Shown: positions 37,194 to 47,090 of the stretch, in pieces
Layout of the letters: every line of letters starts with the position of its first letter
Numbering within the stretch: position 1 is the stretch's first letter
Made by a program: the position numbers and the translations under genes
The notes under the pieces: model-generated
What the model saw: the letters and a program-made list of their open reading frames with translations, nothing else
The model's database searches: none
What the model was told of the DNA's origin: nothing
Virus record (IMG/VR): IMGVR_UViG_3300020439_000003
Location: 45,555 to 109,554 of that record
Reading direction: 5' to 3' (one strand)
Length of the DNA: 64,000 nt
Origin: a virus

Positions 37194-38813
37194 TTATTTA
37201 TTCTTGGAAACAGGCAAACTGTCTCTACATAAGAACAACTGAGTAGTAATACCTGTTTTCTTATATGTATGGATCAGTCCTTTGATTACATACTTACCAG
37301 AATAAATTCTGTCTTTCTGAACCTTTCTGTTACCTTTTTGATTGGACGATGGTAGGTCCACCTTGATTATAGCGCCCGCATACAAACTTGTATTACCTGG
37401 TACACTGATTGTCAGCGTATGAGTATTAAGTAATGACCATCTAGCAGCAGAGTATGCTGAACAGATCACTGTATTATCGGATTGATCGCTCGCACCACCA
37501 TCATTCGCTGATGCTGTCTGGTGAGCATTCTTAGGTAAGATCTTAAATTTAGATCTGGTAGGTGCTTTCTCGGTATACTTCTCAACTAATTCTTTGTCGT
37601 AGGGGAATCCTTTCTCGACAGTTGATGCAGTCTCAAATAGTGAAAAGATGTTTGTAATATATGGTCCACCAGCAGTTCCACCTGGTTTACCCATCTTCTC
37701 CTGGGTGGCAATTTGTTGATCAGTAAGTTTCTTCTTACTACCTTCTTTACCCTTGTCCCATTTGAAACTCTGGGCATTACCAGCAGTAAAGAATCTATTC
37801 TCCTGCTTCTCTTCCTTGGCGTAGAGATCAGCTAATTGACTAGATGTTAATTGATTCAGTTTAGTATTAGAATCAAATGCTTGAAACTGATTATTGTTGT
37901 TTTGAAAATACTTGTCAAAGGTAAGTGAAGAGGATCCACCTGCTTGTGGTGCAAAACTGTCAGTAATCTGTGGGAATGAAATACCATAGGTTACAGTCTT
38001 GTATACACCTAGTCTTAGTTTTTCCAGTTGGTTTGTTCTTTCAGGGTATTGAACTGACTCAATCTTGTATGCATCTAGTGCTGGATTATTTTCATTGACG
38101 TTTGACTGACCATAGACATATTCACAGAGTGGTTTCTGTTCACACAAATAGTCCATGGAGAGAAAGTTGAATCCATTCTTATTTTCATAGAATAAGAATC
38201 CAGACTGTCTCTTGCCTGCCTTTTTGTCACCTTTATTCGCTTTGCGTTTCTTGTTGTTACCACCCTTGGTTCTAGCAACCTTGTCAGAAATATATGAGAT
38301 CAGGTCAACAGGACGCCAATTAGGTGATACACAGTTAGCGTTACTATATGGTTCGATATTTACTTTATCCTTAGGTACATCTAACTTCTTCAATAACATA
38401 CGCTCTACGATGTCTGTACGACCCGCCATGGGTCCAAAGGCACCAAATGCTCTGTTAGACTCGTTTGCATATATTTCTGGTGATGCACAGTGCAAGATAT
38501 ACATTTTAGTACGTTCTTGCTTCACCACACTACCAATTTGATATACACGCAATTTGTGTTTGATGCTCTTAAATTTGCCGTTGTTGATTGCGCCCGCAGC
38601 ATCTGTTTCAAACTGAATATGAACCTCCTCAGATCCTCTGAGGTTATCATCAAAGTTCACTGAGTCTAGAATAGCAATATCACACCTAATAAAAGGTGAG
38701 TCAATCGACTCCATCCAGTTGAATTCACCAACCATATCGATGATGTCAGCTTTCTCACCATCATCGAATACGATGTCAACTTTTTGTAACTTGTATGACT
38801 TGGTATAACTCAT
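37194..38813 (-). CDS. baseplate hub protein, gp27-like
   Basis: ESIDSPF...PNWRP...FLFYEN..GF.F.S.D.L...VPGN..L.AG...SGKY.I..L.H...L.RDS. Confidence 0.7.
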   Translation of the reverse strand: MSYTKSYKLQKVDIVFDDGEKADIIDMVGEFNWMESIDSPFIRCDIAILDSVNFDDNLRGSEEVHIQFETDAAGAINNGKFKSIKHKLRVYQIGSVVKQERTKMYILHCASPEIYANESNRAFGAFGPMAGRTDIVERMLLKKLDVPKDKVNIEPYSNANCVSPNWRPVDLISYISDKVARTKGGNNKKRKANKGDKKAGKRQSGFLFYENKNGFNFLSMDYLCEQKPLCEYVYGQSNVNENNPALDAYKIESVQYPERTNQLEKLRLGVYKTVTYGISFPQITDSFAPQAGGSSSLTFDKYFQNNNNQFQAFDSNTKLNQLTSSQLADLYAKEEKQENRFFTAGNAQSFKWDKGKEGSKKKLTDQQIATQEKMGKPGGTAGGPYITNIFSLFETASTVEKGFPYDKELVEKYTEKAPTRSKFKILPKNAHQTASANDGGASDQSDNTVICSAYSAARWSLLNTHTLTISVPGNTSLYAGAIIKVDLPSSNQKGNRKVQKDRIYSGKYVIKGLIHTYKKTGITTQLFLCRDSLPVSKNK

Positions 38814-41500
38814 GTCAGTGATTTAGGTGGAGTAGAGATGTCAGATAACCAACCCATGCGTGGCATTAAGAAGTCAGAAGCAGGATTCTTATATCCACCA
38901 CTATTGCCAGCAACTACTGGTGGGGGTGGTTCTACTGGTGGGGGTGGTTGATCTGGAAGTTGCTGAGTAGAGACTTGTGTTCCATTCTGCCTCTCTGCTT
39001 GTGCTTCTTTCTTTGCCAATGCTGCATCACTGATCTTGGTGCCCTTACCATCATTGTTAATATCATCAATATAACTTTGCATCAATTCCTTACCACCCAA
39101 GTTGTTGAAGATCGACATTGGATCAATCTTCTTAGGTCCTTGGGCAACCTCTGGATCTGCCTGAGTGCCCGCAGGTGAATCGCTACCCTGACCAGGAGTC
39201 TGGGCAGAGGCAAGGTTGAGGTTGGGATCATCACTGACCATTGCAGCGCCACCACGAGCACCGTTAAGTGCTGCTTTGACTTCCGCTACGCTATGTAGCG
39301 CCTTATTGCCGTTGCCATATACACTTTCACCAGTAGCGGGATCAGGCAGTGATGCCCACTCTCTTGCCAGTTCCAGCAATGCACCATTTTCATCATTATG
39401 CTGCTTCTGGATATACTGCCACGCATATGGTCTCTTGTATTTAATAAGACCAACACCTAATTTATCTTGAAGACTCTTATCATACTTTGCTTCCTTATCA
39501 ATGTTCATCTCCTTCACAATATATTTCATTGTGTCGGGAATAATCTGATAACGACCAGCAGCAAACAACTTACCAGATGACTGCTGAGACATAACCTCAC
39601 CGACTGTCATGTCAGTTAGGTTCTTACCTAGAATCTCAGATGCATTGTGAGTGCTACCGACAATGCGACCACCACGAGTACCTTGGTTCATAGAGTTATA
39701 TCCACCCTCACCAGATGCAATGAAGTCCAGCAGACCACCTGCTGCCATTCTCTTCTTATTACACCAAGTGCATCCTTTAACGAATCCACCTTTTGCTTTA
39801 TTTGCTGCCTCGCCCATGTCAGAGATATATGATCCCATGAGATCAGCACCACCCATGTTCTGGAATACCTTGGCGATGTCAATCTTTTGAGGACCAGTTG
39901 CAGCGTTCTTACTGCCCTTGGAAGTACCCGAACCCATAGGTTCTTTGGTTACGTGGACCTTATCTTGTCCACCCCTCTTCAAAACTTGTGACTTGGACGC
40001 AACTTCGCGTGCCATGTCCTCAATACTTCTCTGACTCTCTGGTTTCTTCCAGTAGTCAGGGTTACCACCAAGCATGTTGACAGACATGCCAACACCTTTC
40101 TTAGCAAGACCAAACAGGACAGGATCCATCGTCTTGTTAAGACCCAGAAGGTTCTTAGCACCATCAATCATACCACCCAGGAACATCTGGGGGATTTCGC
40201 CACCCTTAGAGAATGGCATAGGAAGACCAAACCCAGAGCGAGATGCTTCCGCTAGTCTTGTATTAGTAAGACCAGGATTACCTCTGGTTGCAGGAGTGTC
40301 GAATGGAACAACGAATGCTTTACCTAGACCGCCACCATCTGCCTTTGTTGCAACGTATTCTGTGCCATGACCAATAAATGCAGTAGATCTACCACCATCC
40401 AGTGATACAGGATACCCAGACTGAGGTCCATGGATCCAACCACCAGCAGCGAACTGTGGTAGAGGACCACCACGAGCGAATCCAAGCATCTCTGCACTGA
40501 TGGGAGCACCAGTCATGCCACCAGATTCTCTGATCTCGTCTGCCTGAGACTTGTTGGGATCGTCTGGATCCTCTATGACTGCTGTACCATCCTGATTGGC
40601 GTTGACTGCTGCAACAGCAGTACCAACAACAATAGCGCCAGCACCAAGGGCGAGCATACCACCAAGACCCATGCCCTTGACAAATGCTATGAGTCCTTTG
40701 ACCATGCCACCGATCCCTCGGAAGAGACCCATAAGCATCTTCTTCAATCCACCGCCCTTCACCAACTTCATGATGGCACCGCCAGCGGCGAGACCAAACT
40801 TAGCGAGGGCAACAGGGGCAAAGATTGCCCCTAATACAGTGATAAATTTAAGTAGACCAAATATCCCCTTGAAACTTAACGGGTTCTCTAAGAACTCTAC
40901 CAGTCCGTCAAGACCAAAGGTCACTAAGAAGTCGGCGATCTTCACGAACGCCTCAAACATACTCCTAAGAGCCTTGAATATCTTCTTTAACTTACCTTGA
41001 TTCTCTGGTTTCGACATCCAGTCGAGAACCGTATAGATGAGCAGAGACTTGAAGATCTGCTTTATAAGACCAGCAATGCCTTCAAAGAATCCTACTGACT
41101 TCTTGGCAGCACCAATAGTTTGCTTATCTTCCTCTTTGTTAGTCTTTTTCTCTTGAACCTTCTCAGATGCTCTATCTTTAACTAAACCTGCTTGTCTGAT
41201 AGCAGCACGCTTAGCATCTTTAATCCTTTTCTTTTCATCCTTAATATAGTCTTCACGCTGCTTCATCATGGACTCACGGAGTTCCATGTTCTTGAAGGTA
41301 TATTGAGCGAAGGAATCCTTCATCTCCTCCACCATAATCGCGATGGAGTTTACAGACGCACCAAGACTGTTGGTAGCAGCAATACTCTTTGCATACCCAG
41401 CAGCGGGTTGAGTAACAATCTTATCTCCTACCTTGACCGTGATACCGCCACCCTTAAACTTGGGTGGAGTGATCATTTTATATAGTCTTGCCTGTGCCAT
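38810..41500 (-). CDS. tape-measure/hub-like protein with muramidase domain
   Basis: Helical and membrane-like N-terminus; LLDFIASGEGGYN...AAGRYQII...LAREWASLP lysozyme-like domain. Confidence 0.75.
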   Translation of the reverse strand: MAQARLYKMITPPKFKGGGITVKVGDKIVTQPAAGYAKSIAATNSLGASVNSIAIMVEEMKDSFAQYTFKNMELRESMMKQREDYIKDEKKRIKDAKRAAIRQAGLVKDRASEKVQEKKTNKEEDKQTIGAAKKSVGFFEGIAGLIKQIFKSLLIYTVLDWMSKPENQGKLKKIFKALRSMFEAFVKIADFLVTFGLDGLVEFLENPLSFKGIFGLLKFITVLGAIFAPVALAKFGLAAGGAIMKLVKGGGLKKMLMGLFRGIGGMVKGLIAFVKGMGLGGMLALGAGAIVVGTAVAAVNANQDGTAVIEDPDDPNKSQADEIRESGGMTGAPISAEMLGFARGGPLPQFAAGGWIHGPQSGYPVSLDGGRSTAFIGHGTEYVATKADGGGLGKAFVVPFDTPATRGNPGLTNTRLAEASRSGFGLPMPFSKGGEIPQMFLGGMIDGAKNLLGLNKTMDPVLFGLAKKGVGMSVNMLGGNPDYWKKPESQRSIEDMAREVASKSQVLKRGGQDKVHVTKEPMGSGTSKGSKNAATGPQKIDIAKVFQNMGGADLMGSYISDMGEAANKAKGGFVKGCTWCNKKRMAAGGLLDFIASGEGGYNSMNQGTRGGRIVGSTHNASEILGKNLTDMTVGEVMSQQSSGKLFAAGRYQIIPDTMKYIVKEMNIDKEAKYDKSLQDKLGVGLIKYKRPYAWQYIQKQHNDENGALLELAREWASLPDPATGESVYGNGNKALHSVAEVKAALNGARGGAAMVSDDPNLNLASAQTPGQGSDSPAGTQADPEVAQGPKKIDPMSIFNNLGGKELMQSYIDDINNDGKGTKISDAALAKKEAQAERQNGTQVSTQQLPDQPPPPVEPPPPVVAGNSGGYKNPASDFLMPRMGWLSDISTPPKSLT

Positions 41501-44500
41501 TAGTTACCCGTGAGGAGTGGTGTCATCCCAGAACCTGGGGTTATGATCTGAGGTGCTGGTGGTGTTGCACCAAACACTTTCTTAGTAAGGATCATGACGT
41601 TGTTGCTTCCACCTTGCAAGTCTTCTTCACGTTGCTGAGAGTTCTCAGACTGTGTTTTCAATAGTTGACTCTTTCTATTTAGTTCGTCTTGTTCCTGTTT
41701 TATCTGTGCTGCACCTGATCCACCACCACCAGACACACTACTACCACTGGAACGTGCCTCATCATCCCTAATGTCTTGAATATAACTCTTCATCAAGTCA
41801 GCACCACCGAGACCCTTGAAGACCTCCATAATGTCAATCTTCTTGGGTTTTGGAGGTTCAGTCTGCTGAGGAGTACCATCAGCGTTCAATCTATCACCAG
41901 TGTTGTTTGTCGAACCACCTGGTGTATCGGAATCGGATCCTGCGTTTACATTATTAGTAGTACCATCATATCCAGACTTGTTGCCACCTGGATGTGTTAG
42001 AGCAACAATACCTCTGGTTCCTGCACCATACACAGCACCAACACCATTAACTCTTGCCTGCCAGTGTCCACTCCAAAGTTTCTGTCCACCTTCCTTAGCG
42101 ATAGCAGAGTCATTACCACTACTGCTAGCAGCATTGTTCCAGTCACTATGTCTGGTTGAGAAAATCAAAGCACCAGAAGGGATCTGCTTATCCTTAACTG
42201 CCTTTGTCCATGTAGGAAGATCCATCACATTGACATTTACATTACCATAAGGTGATGTGATTCTCTTAGAAGATCCTAAACCCTCAATGGATGCATACCC
42301 ATGCTCACCTACTGCCTGAGCCATCAAACCCCTAGGGTTGTTGGGGTCATTACCAGTGGCAACATGAGGAGCACCAATAGATGCCTTATTTCTTTCAGCG
42401 GTCAAGATAACACCAGTGGTACACATACCAGCGGCGGCATTTACCAATGCTGTGCCATCACCGAGTTTTGCAAGTTCTCCACCAGCAGCCCGCGATGGCA
42501 TGAACTGTTCTAATCTCTTTATCTCCCTCTTCCTCATGCCAGGGTGCTTAGATCGTCCCTTAGGATCATATTCACCACCACCATCAAAGTAGAGGAGTCC
42601 TCCTCTTGCCTTCTCTTCTTCTTTCTCACCGAATCCCAACAGATTCATCAGTTTACCGATGAGTTCACCAAGACCAGGTAACTTAGATAGCTGACTATCT
42701 AATTGACTCTTCAATCCACCAAGACCTAGGGTGTTGATGAGTGCATCTTCACCTTCTGCTAATGCTGGGATGAAATCTCTGGCAAACAGGTATCCATCAA
42801 GGAACATCGATGCCACGTTAGTAGCACCAGCAGTTGCAAGACCAGCAATATCCAGAACACCTGAGATAGATTCCAGCAGACCACCAACGCTATCACCAGC
42901 AGCAAAGCGATCGTATGCAAATGCTAGGTTAACAACACCACCAATGACAGGAAGAACAGCGGCAGCTCTCTTACCTAATTTACTACCAGCAGTGGCAACA
43001 TTAGTAATACCTTTCTCGGAGAACAGTTTACCTACCTTGTCATAACCAGGGATCTTCTGCAATCCCTCCATCAACTTTGCACCAACCTTGTTCGCTTGCT
43101 CTATGATTGGCTCAACGAACGGTTTGACTTTGGCGACAATCTCTTCCATGAAGAACTTCTTCGCCTTAGTGCCTAGACCATCGACAGTTTCAACTGCAAA
43201 GTTCTTGATACCAGTACCAAACTTTTGGGCAGTAGCAGTGGTTGCTTCCCAGGCACTCTTCATGCCCTTGTTAGCCCAATTACCAAACTTTATTGCCTTA
43301 TCGCCAATAAAATCAACACCTGCCTTAGCACCAGTCTTCAATCCCTCAACAGTATTGCTACCTGCTTTTTGAAGTTTCTGCCACCAGTTTAGTTTCTTGG
43401 GTGCTTTCTTGGTAACGTCAGTTGCTGCCTCTCCAAGGTCTACTGCTGTATTAGTTGCCTTTGCAGCGTCACCAACAGCATCTGCGTTCTTGGCAACGTT
43501 ATCTACGACATTCTTAGGTGTGTTGTCAGGTAGAAGATCCAGTGGGTTAGGGCACATACCCATGAGACCACCCAACATCCTCCTCTTTCTACCGCGAGGA
43601 CGAGGTTTCTTTCCAAACTTTCTGTTAGCAGCATCCTTACCGAAACGTCTTTCGTATCTTTCCCTGGATCCTGCTCTACGCTTACGACCATCAACATCAA
43701 CATCAGGACCACCCCTACGACCATCGCGGTCTGGTCGCATTCTTTGTTGATCTGCGCTAGAAACTGCCTTACCAAGTCCACGCATGAACTTGACATCACC
43801 AATGAGTTTCCAAGGCATCAAGACCCTAGAAGCAGCCCAAAGTGCAGCAAGACCCCCTACAAGTTGTAGGACGCCAAACATCTGTTCAAATATCCTAGCA
43901 ACACCAGTTTTATCAGACTCTCCAAAGATATTTGTGATACCCTTCATCACATTGTCGATACCCCACCCTGCTAGGGCACGACTAAACTTCCATACAGCAG
44001 AAAGAAATCCGAAGAGTTTCTTTAATGCTTCTCGATTCTCTTCTTTACTGACCCATTCCAGCAACTTCATTCCCAGAAGTGGTGCCAGAACCTTCATCAG
44101 CATAGCGCCGAGAGAGTTCAGGGGTGATAGCAGGTTCTTTAAGAACCCAAACTTACCCTTCTGTTTCTTTGCTAGTTTTTCTCCCTCTTTCTTCTTTTCA
44201 GCAGGTGCTTTCTGCTTCTCTTGTAACGCCTCTGATGCCTTATCCTTCTCTCTTCCTTTCTTTCTACCTAAAAGATCTTCCTGTGCCTCGATGACAGAGA
44301 CTTTATGCTTGTGCTCTTTCTCATCAAGTTCTTTCTCGCGCTGTAAAGCATCCAGTTCAAACCCAGTATGAACTTCTGCAATCTCTTTGAAATCTTGTAC
44401 AGCAGATCCCAAATAAGAAACAGCACCACCCAACCTATTCTTTGCAAAGACCTCGGTTCTAATTGCCTTACCGAGGTCATCTTGCCCAGTGCTAGGTGCC

Positions 44501-44535
44501 TTTACGCTGATATATTTTCTTAGGGTTGCTGCCAT
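41500..44535 (-). CDS. tape-measure (gp29-like) protein
   Basis: 1011 aa, K/A/G-rich amphipathic helices, located after gp51. Confidence 0.65.
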   Translation of the reverse strand: MAATLRKYISVKAPSTGQDDLGKAIRTEVFAKNRLGGAVSYLGSAVQDFKEIAEVHTGFELDALQREKELDEKEHKHKVSVIEAQEDLLGRKKGREKDKASEALQEKQKAPAEKKKEGEKLAKKQKGKFGFLKNLLSPLNSLGAMLMKVLAPLLGMKLLEWVSKEENREALKKLFGFLSAVWKFSRALAGWGIDNVMKGITNIFGESDKTGVARIFEQMFGVLQLVGGLAALWAASRVLMPWKLIGDVKFMRGLGKAVSSADQQRMRPDRDGRRGGPDVDVDGRKRRAGSRERYERRFGKDAANRKFGKKPRPRGRKRRMLGGLMGMCPNPLDLLPDNTPKNVVDNVAKNADAVGDAAKATNTAVDLGEAATDVTKKAPKKLNWWQKLQKAGSNTVEGLKTGAKAGVDFIGDKAIKFGNWANKGMKSAWEATTATAQKFGTGIKNFAVETVDGLGTKAKKFFMEEIVAKVKPFVEPIIEQANKVGAKLMEGLQKIPGYDKVGKLFSEKGITNVATAGSKLGKRAAAVLPVIGGVVNLAFAYDRFAAGDSVGGLLESISGVLDIAGLATAGATNVASMFLDGYLFARDFIPALAEGEDALINTLGLGGLKSQLDSQLSKLPGLGELIGKLMNLLGFGEKEEEKARGGLLYFDGGGEYDPKGRSKHPGMRKREIKRLEQFMPSRAAGGELAKLGDGTALVNAAAGMCTTGVILTAERNKASIGAPHVATGNDPNNPRGLMAQAVGEHGYASIEGLGSSKRITSPYGNVNVNVMDLPTWTKAVKDKQIPSGALIFSTRHSDWNNAASSSGNDSAIAKEGGQKLWSGHWQARVNGVGAVYGAGTRGIVALTHPGGNKSGYDGTTNNVNAGSDSDTPGGSTNNTGDRLNADGTPQQTEPPKPKKIDIMEVFKGLGGADLMKSYIQDIRDDEARSSGSSVSGGGGSGAAQIKQEQDELNRKSQLLKTQSENSQQREEDLQGGSNNVMILTKKVFGATPPAPQIITPGSGMTPLLTGN

Positions 44536-44723
44536 TAAAGTGGGACACTATTGTTTTGTTTGTTCATGCGCCTTTCTTCTTCTTGTAAATGAGCAAGTAG
44601 AAGGTTCACATACACATCACGTTCCCAAGGCATCATATTATCTAGTTCGGTTAAACTATATTTGTGATGCTGCATCAATGCAAAGTTAGTCTTATAGTGA
44701 TTCATAAGACTATCGTGCATCAA
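44535..44723 (-). CDS. gp51: baseplate hub assembly catalyst
   Basis: YKTNFALMQHHKYSLTELDNMMPWERDVY. Confidence 0.85.
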   Translation of the reverse strand: MMHDSLMNHYKTNFALMQHHKYSLTELDNMMPWERDVYVNLLLAHLQEEERRMNKQNNSVPL

Positions 44724-44725
44724 TG

Positions 44726-45427
44726 CTACCCGAAAAAACTTGCTAGACCCTCCAACAACACTTCATTCTCTACTCCTGTTTTAGGATTAGTAACAATGAG
44801 TGTGTGAGTGAGTTTCGGCATAGTTTCAAAGAACTTTTGAATCTTAGCGAACTGTTCATTATTCATCTCACCGATGAAGTCAGTTGCTTCTTTCTTAGTG
44901 AAAGAATCATAGATTTCATCACCATCATATACTTTATCAATACAGTCAGCAGCAAGTGCGAACACGTCATCAAGTGATGGTTCATCAGTCATGTTACGTT
45001 CAACAAAAACATCCAGAGCAGGATATTTCATTTGAATCTTGACTTCATCACTCAGTTTGACAATCTTCTTGTGATCCTTAGGAACTTGAACTTCAACCTC
45101 ATTAAGGTCAAGTTCAACATCTACCTCAGTTTCACCGTCATCTTGACAAACGACTTTGAATTCACTTGTCTCACCCACCGCCTTAGAACGGATTTGTAAG
45201 AACAGGTATTCCAACTCAAATGTAGGGAGATCATCAACAGATTTTAGGTCTGTGCAGTTTTTAAGAATAGTCTTAACTGCTTTGATCATCTCTTTCTCCT
45301 TCTGACTCTCCATAGCGAGGTAGAGGAGTTTCTCTTCTTTTACGAGGAACGGTCGAAAGTTAACTTTCTGACCGCTGACAGGCAGAGTACAATCATACTC
45401 TGGCACAGCAAGTTTTGGTAAAGGCAT
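44726..45427 (-). CDS. gp26: baseplate hub subunit
   Basis: MPLPKL..P.Y...LP...FRPFLVKEEK...LEGLASFF; TATAAATA at 45449-45456. Confidence 0.9.
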   Translation of the reverse strand: MPLPKLAVPEYDCTLPVSGQKVNFRPFLVKEEKLLYLAMESQKEKEMIKAVKTILKNCTDLKSVDDLPTFELEYLFLQIRSKAVGETSEFKVVCQDDGETEVDVELDLNEVEVQVPKDHKKIVKLSDEVKIQMKYPALDVFVERNMTDEPSLDDVFALAADCIDKVYDGDEIYDSFTKKEATDFIGEMNNEQFAKIQKFFETMPKLTHTLIVTNPKTGVENEVLLEGLASFFG

Positions 45428-45451
45428 AATGATAGATTACGATAAAATTAT

Positions 45452-46192
45452 TTATACACTATATCGCTGAACGTCTGGGTTACCAGAACCTTCAACTCGT
45501 AGTTGTACTTCTTGCCAAGTGAAGGCAGGTTGTTTCTGCCTATATTTAAGAGTCTTAGAAGCAACAGGATCCATTCTATATCTCTCAAAGTAGAACTCAA
45601 CTTCCATGATCAACAAACTCGTCTGTTCGTTATCCAGAGTCATAGTGCTGACATTTACTGGGAATGCACCATAGATCTGATATACAGCAGATGCCTGCAT
45701 CGGATTCAACGCACCTCTGTGCTCTTTATCCTTTTGATCATTGTTATCGTTGATGATTCTGAAATTAGCACCACTCTCCCATTTGACGACAGTCATATCA
45801 GTGACGTAATCATCATAGAATCCAACAGTATTGTCAGAATCAGAAGCGCAGTAGTGCATCCACTTCTCAAAGAACGCTCTGTGACTTTGGTCCTTAGTCA
45901 CAAGGAATGATACATTGATAGAAGAGTTCGTCTGTCCAGTGGCAAAACGACGAATCATACCGAAGTTATTAACTTCACCAGTAGTAACTGCTCTACTAGG
46001 CACAGTCACTGAATTAGCAAAATAGTTGATATTGCTTACAGTTTCTCTAATATCTGAGTTAAATCTACCAAACTGACTTGCCATGAAGACAGGCGGTGGC
46101 AGACGGAATTCCCACAGATTACTCGTAGCAGGTGCCAACCTGTTAGTGGCAATCTCTGCCCTGAATTGATTAAATCTATTAGGATTTCCCAT
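45452..46192 (-). CDS. tail tube-related protein (gp19/gp54-like)
   Basis: SVTVPSR...FFEKW...YDDYV...AFPVNVS..TL; located between gp2 and gp26. Confidence 0.7.
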   Translation of the reverse strand: MGNPNRFNQFRAEIATNRLAPATSNLWEFRLPPPVFMASQFGRFNSDIRETVSNINYFANSVTVPSRAVTTGEVNNFGMIRRFATGQTNSSINVSFLVTKDQSHRAFFEKWMHYCASDSDNTVGFYDDYVTDMTVVKWESGANFRIINDNNDQKDKEHRGALNPMQASAVYQIYGAFPVNVSTMTLDNEQTSLLIMEVEFYFERYRMDPVASKTLKYRQKQPAFTWQEVQLRVEGSGNPDVQRYSV

Positions 46193-46659
46193 TAGAGTCT
46201 GGACCAAATAAAACTACTAGGCACATCTATCCTCATACCCGCTCGTCTCATTGTAAATTGTTCTAGCGGTAAAGGAGTCATATCAAGGAGGTCTGCACGC
46301 CGAACAGTTTTGATGTTACTAGCATTTGACATAAAGTATTTATGATGGCAGCGAGAAGGATATGAAACAGACCCTCCACCCCATGACTTTGCTACGCTTC
46401 TACGTGCATCTGGTCTAAGATAATGCAAGTTTCCACCTGAGAACTGTAAGTTCTGCATATCTATGTCAGTAATCAATACCATAGGGAATCTGTCATAGAA
46501 GGGTAGATTCTCAGTAGCAGCAGCATATGCATAGTAGATTACATCACCCACCTTGAAACCTGTGGAGTCTTCTAACCCATAAAATGCCTGAGAACGATAC
46601 CAGTCCTTAGACTGCTTCTGTCCTCCTGCTAAATCTTTGATATCAGTAAAAATACTCAT
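46192..46659 (-). CDS. gp2: DNA end protector protein
   Basis: LPFYDRFP.V...GGNLHYL...HKY. Confidence 0.8.
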   Translation of the reverse strand: MSIFTDIKDLAGGQKQSKDWYRSQAFYGLEDSTGFKVGDVIYYAYAAATENLPFYDRFPMVLITDIDMQNLQFSGGNLHYLRPDARRSVAKSWGGGSVSYPSRCHHKYFMSNASNIKTVRRADLLDMTPLPLEQFTMRRAGMRIDVPSSFIWSRL

Positions 46660-47090
46660 ACCTTTAACTCGTTTTCTGTAAGGATCTTGAACGTCATACG
46701 CCTGTCTTTACAATACTCCTCTGCTGCCTTCCATTTTGCCTCGTTGACAGCATAGGTCTTCACTTCACTTAGATACTGTTTTGTGATTCTCTTTTTCTTT
46801 TTGGGCGGAGCACATTGCGACTTCGGTTTAATCTCGATAATGAACTTCTGAGACCTTCCGTCCCTTGTTCTTGCTCGGACATAGAAGTCGGGAAAATAGC
46901 GATGAACCCTATTATCAACAGGAGAAATGTAGGGGATGATAATCTCTTCCGAACCCCATTCAACAATGTTTTCATTTTTGTCACACCATACCATGAACTT
47001 TCTTTCCCATAAACTCCTATAAATAATGTTTGTAGGGTCCCCTTTATATTTTTGTCTATTTGACGGACGGTATTTTCCCGAGTAACTCAT
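46656..47090 (-). CDS. gp4: head completion nuclease
   Basis: KYKGDPTNIIYRSLWE...W.SEE..IPY.SP.D...HRYFPDF...EIKP. Confidence 0.9.
   Translation of the reverse strand: MSYSGKYRPSNRQKYKGDPTNIIYRSLWERKFMVWCDKNENIVEWGSEEIIIPYISPVDNRVHRYFPDFYVRARTRDGRSQKFIIEIKPKSQCAPPKKKKRITKQYLSEVKTYAVNEAKWKAAEEYCKDRRMTFKILTENELKV
47018..47025 (+). promoter_or_regulatory. late promoter for gp48-gp53, inside the gp4 coding sequence
   Basis: TATAAATA on the plus strand. Confidence 0.65.

Noticed and set aside
29779-44371. Long plus-strand ORFs such as 29779-30492, 33399-33926 and 43784-44371
   Set aside because: They are antisense shadows of clear minus-strand structural genes, with no motifs or ribosome binding sites.
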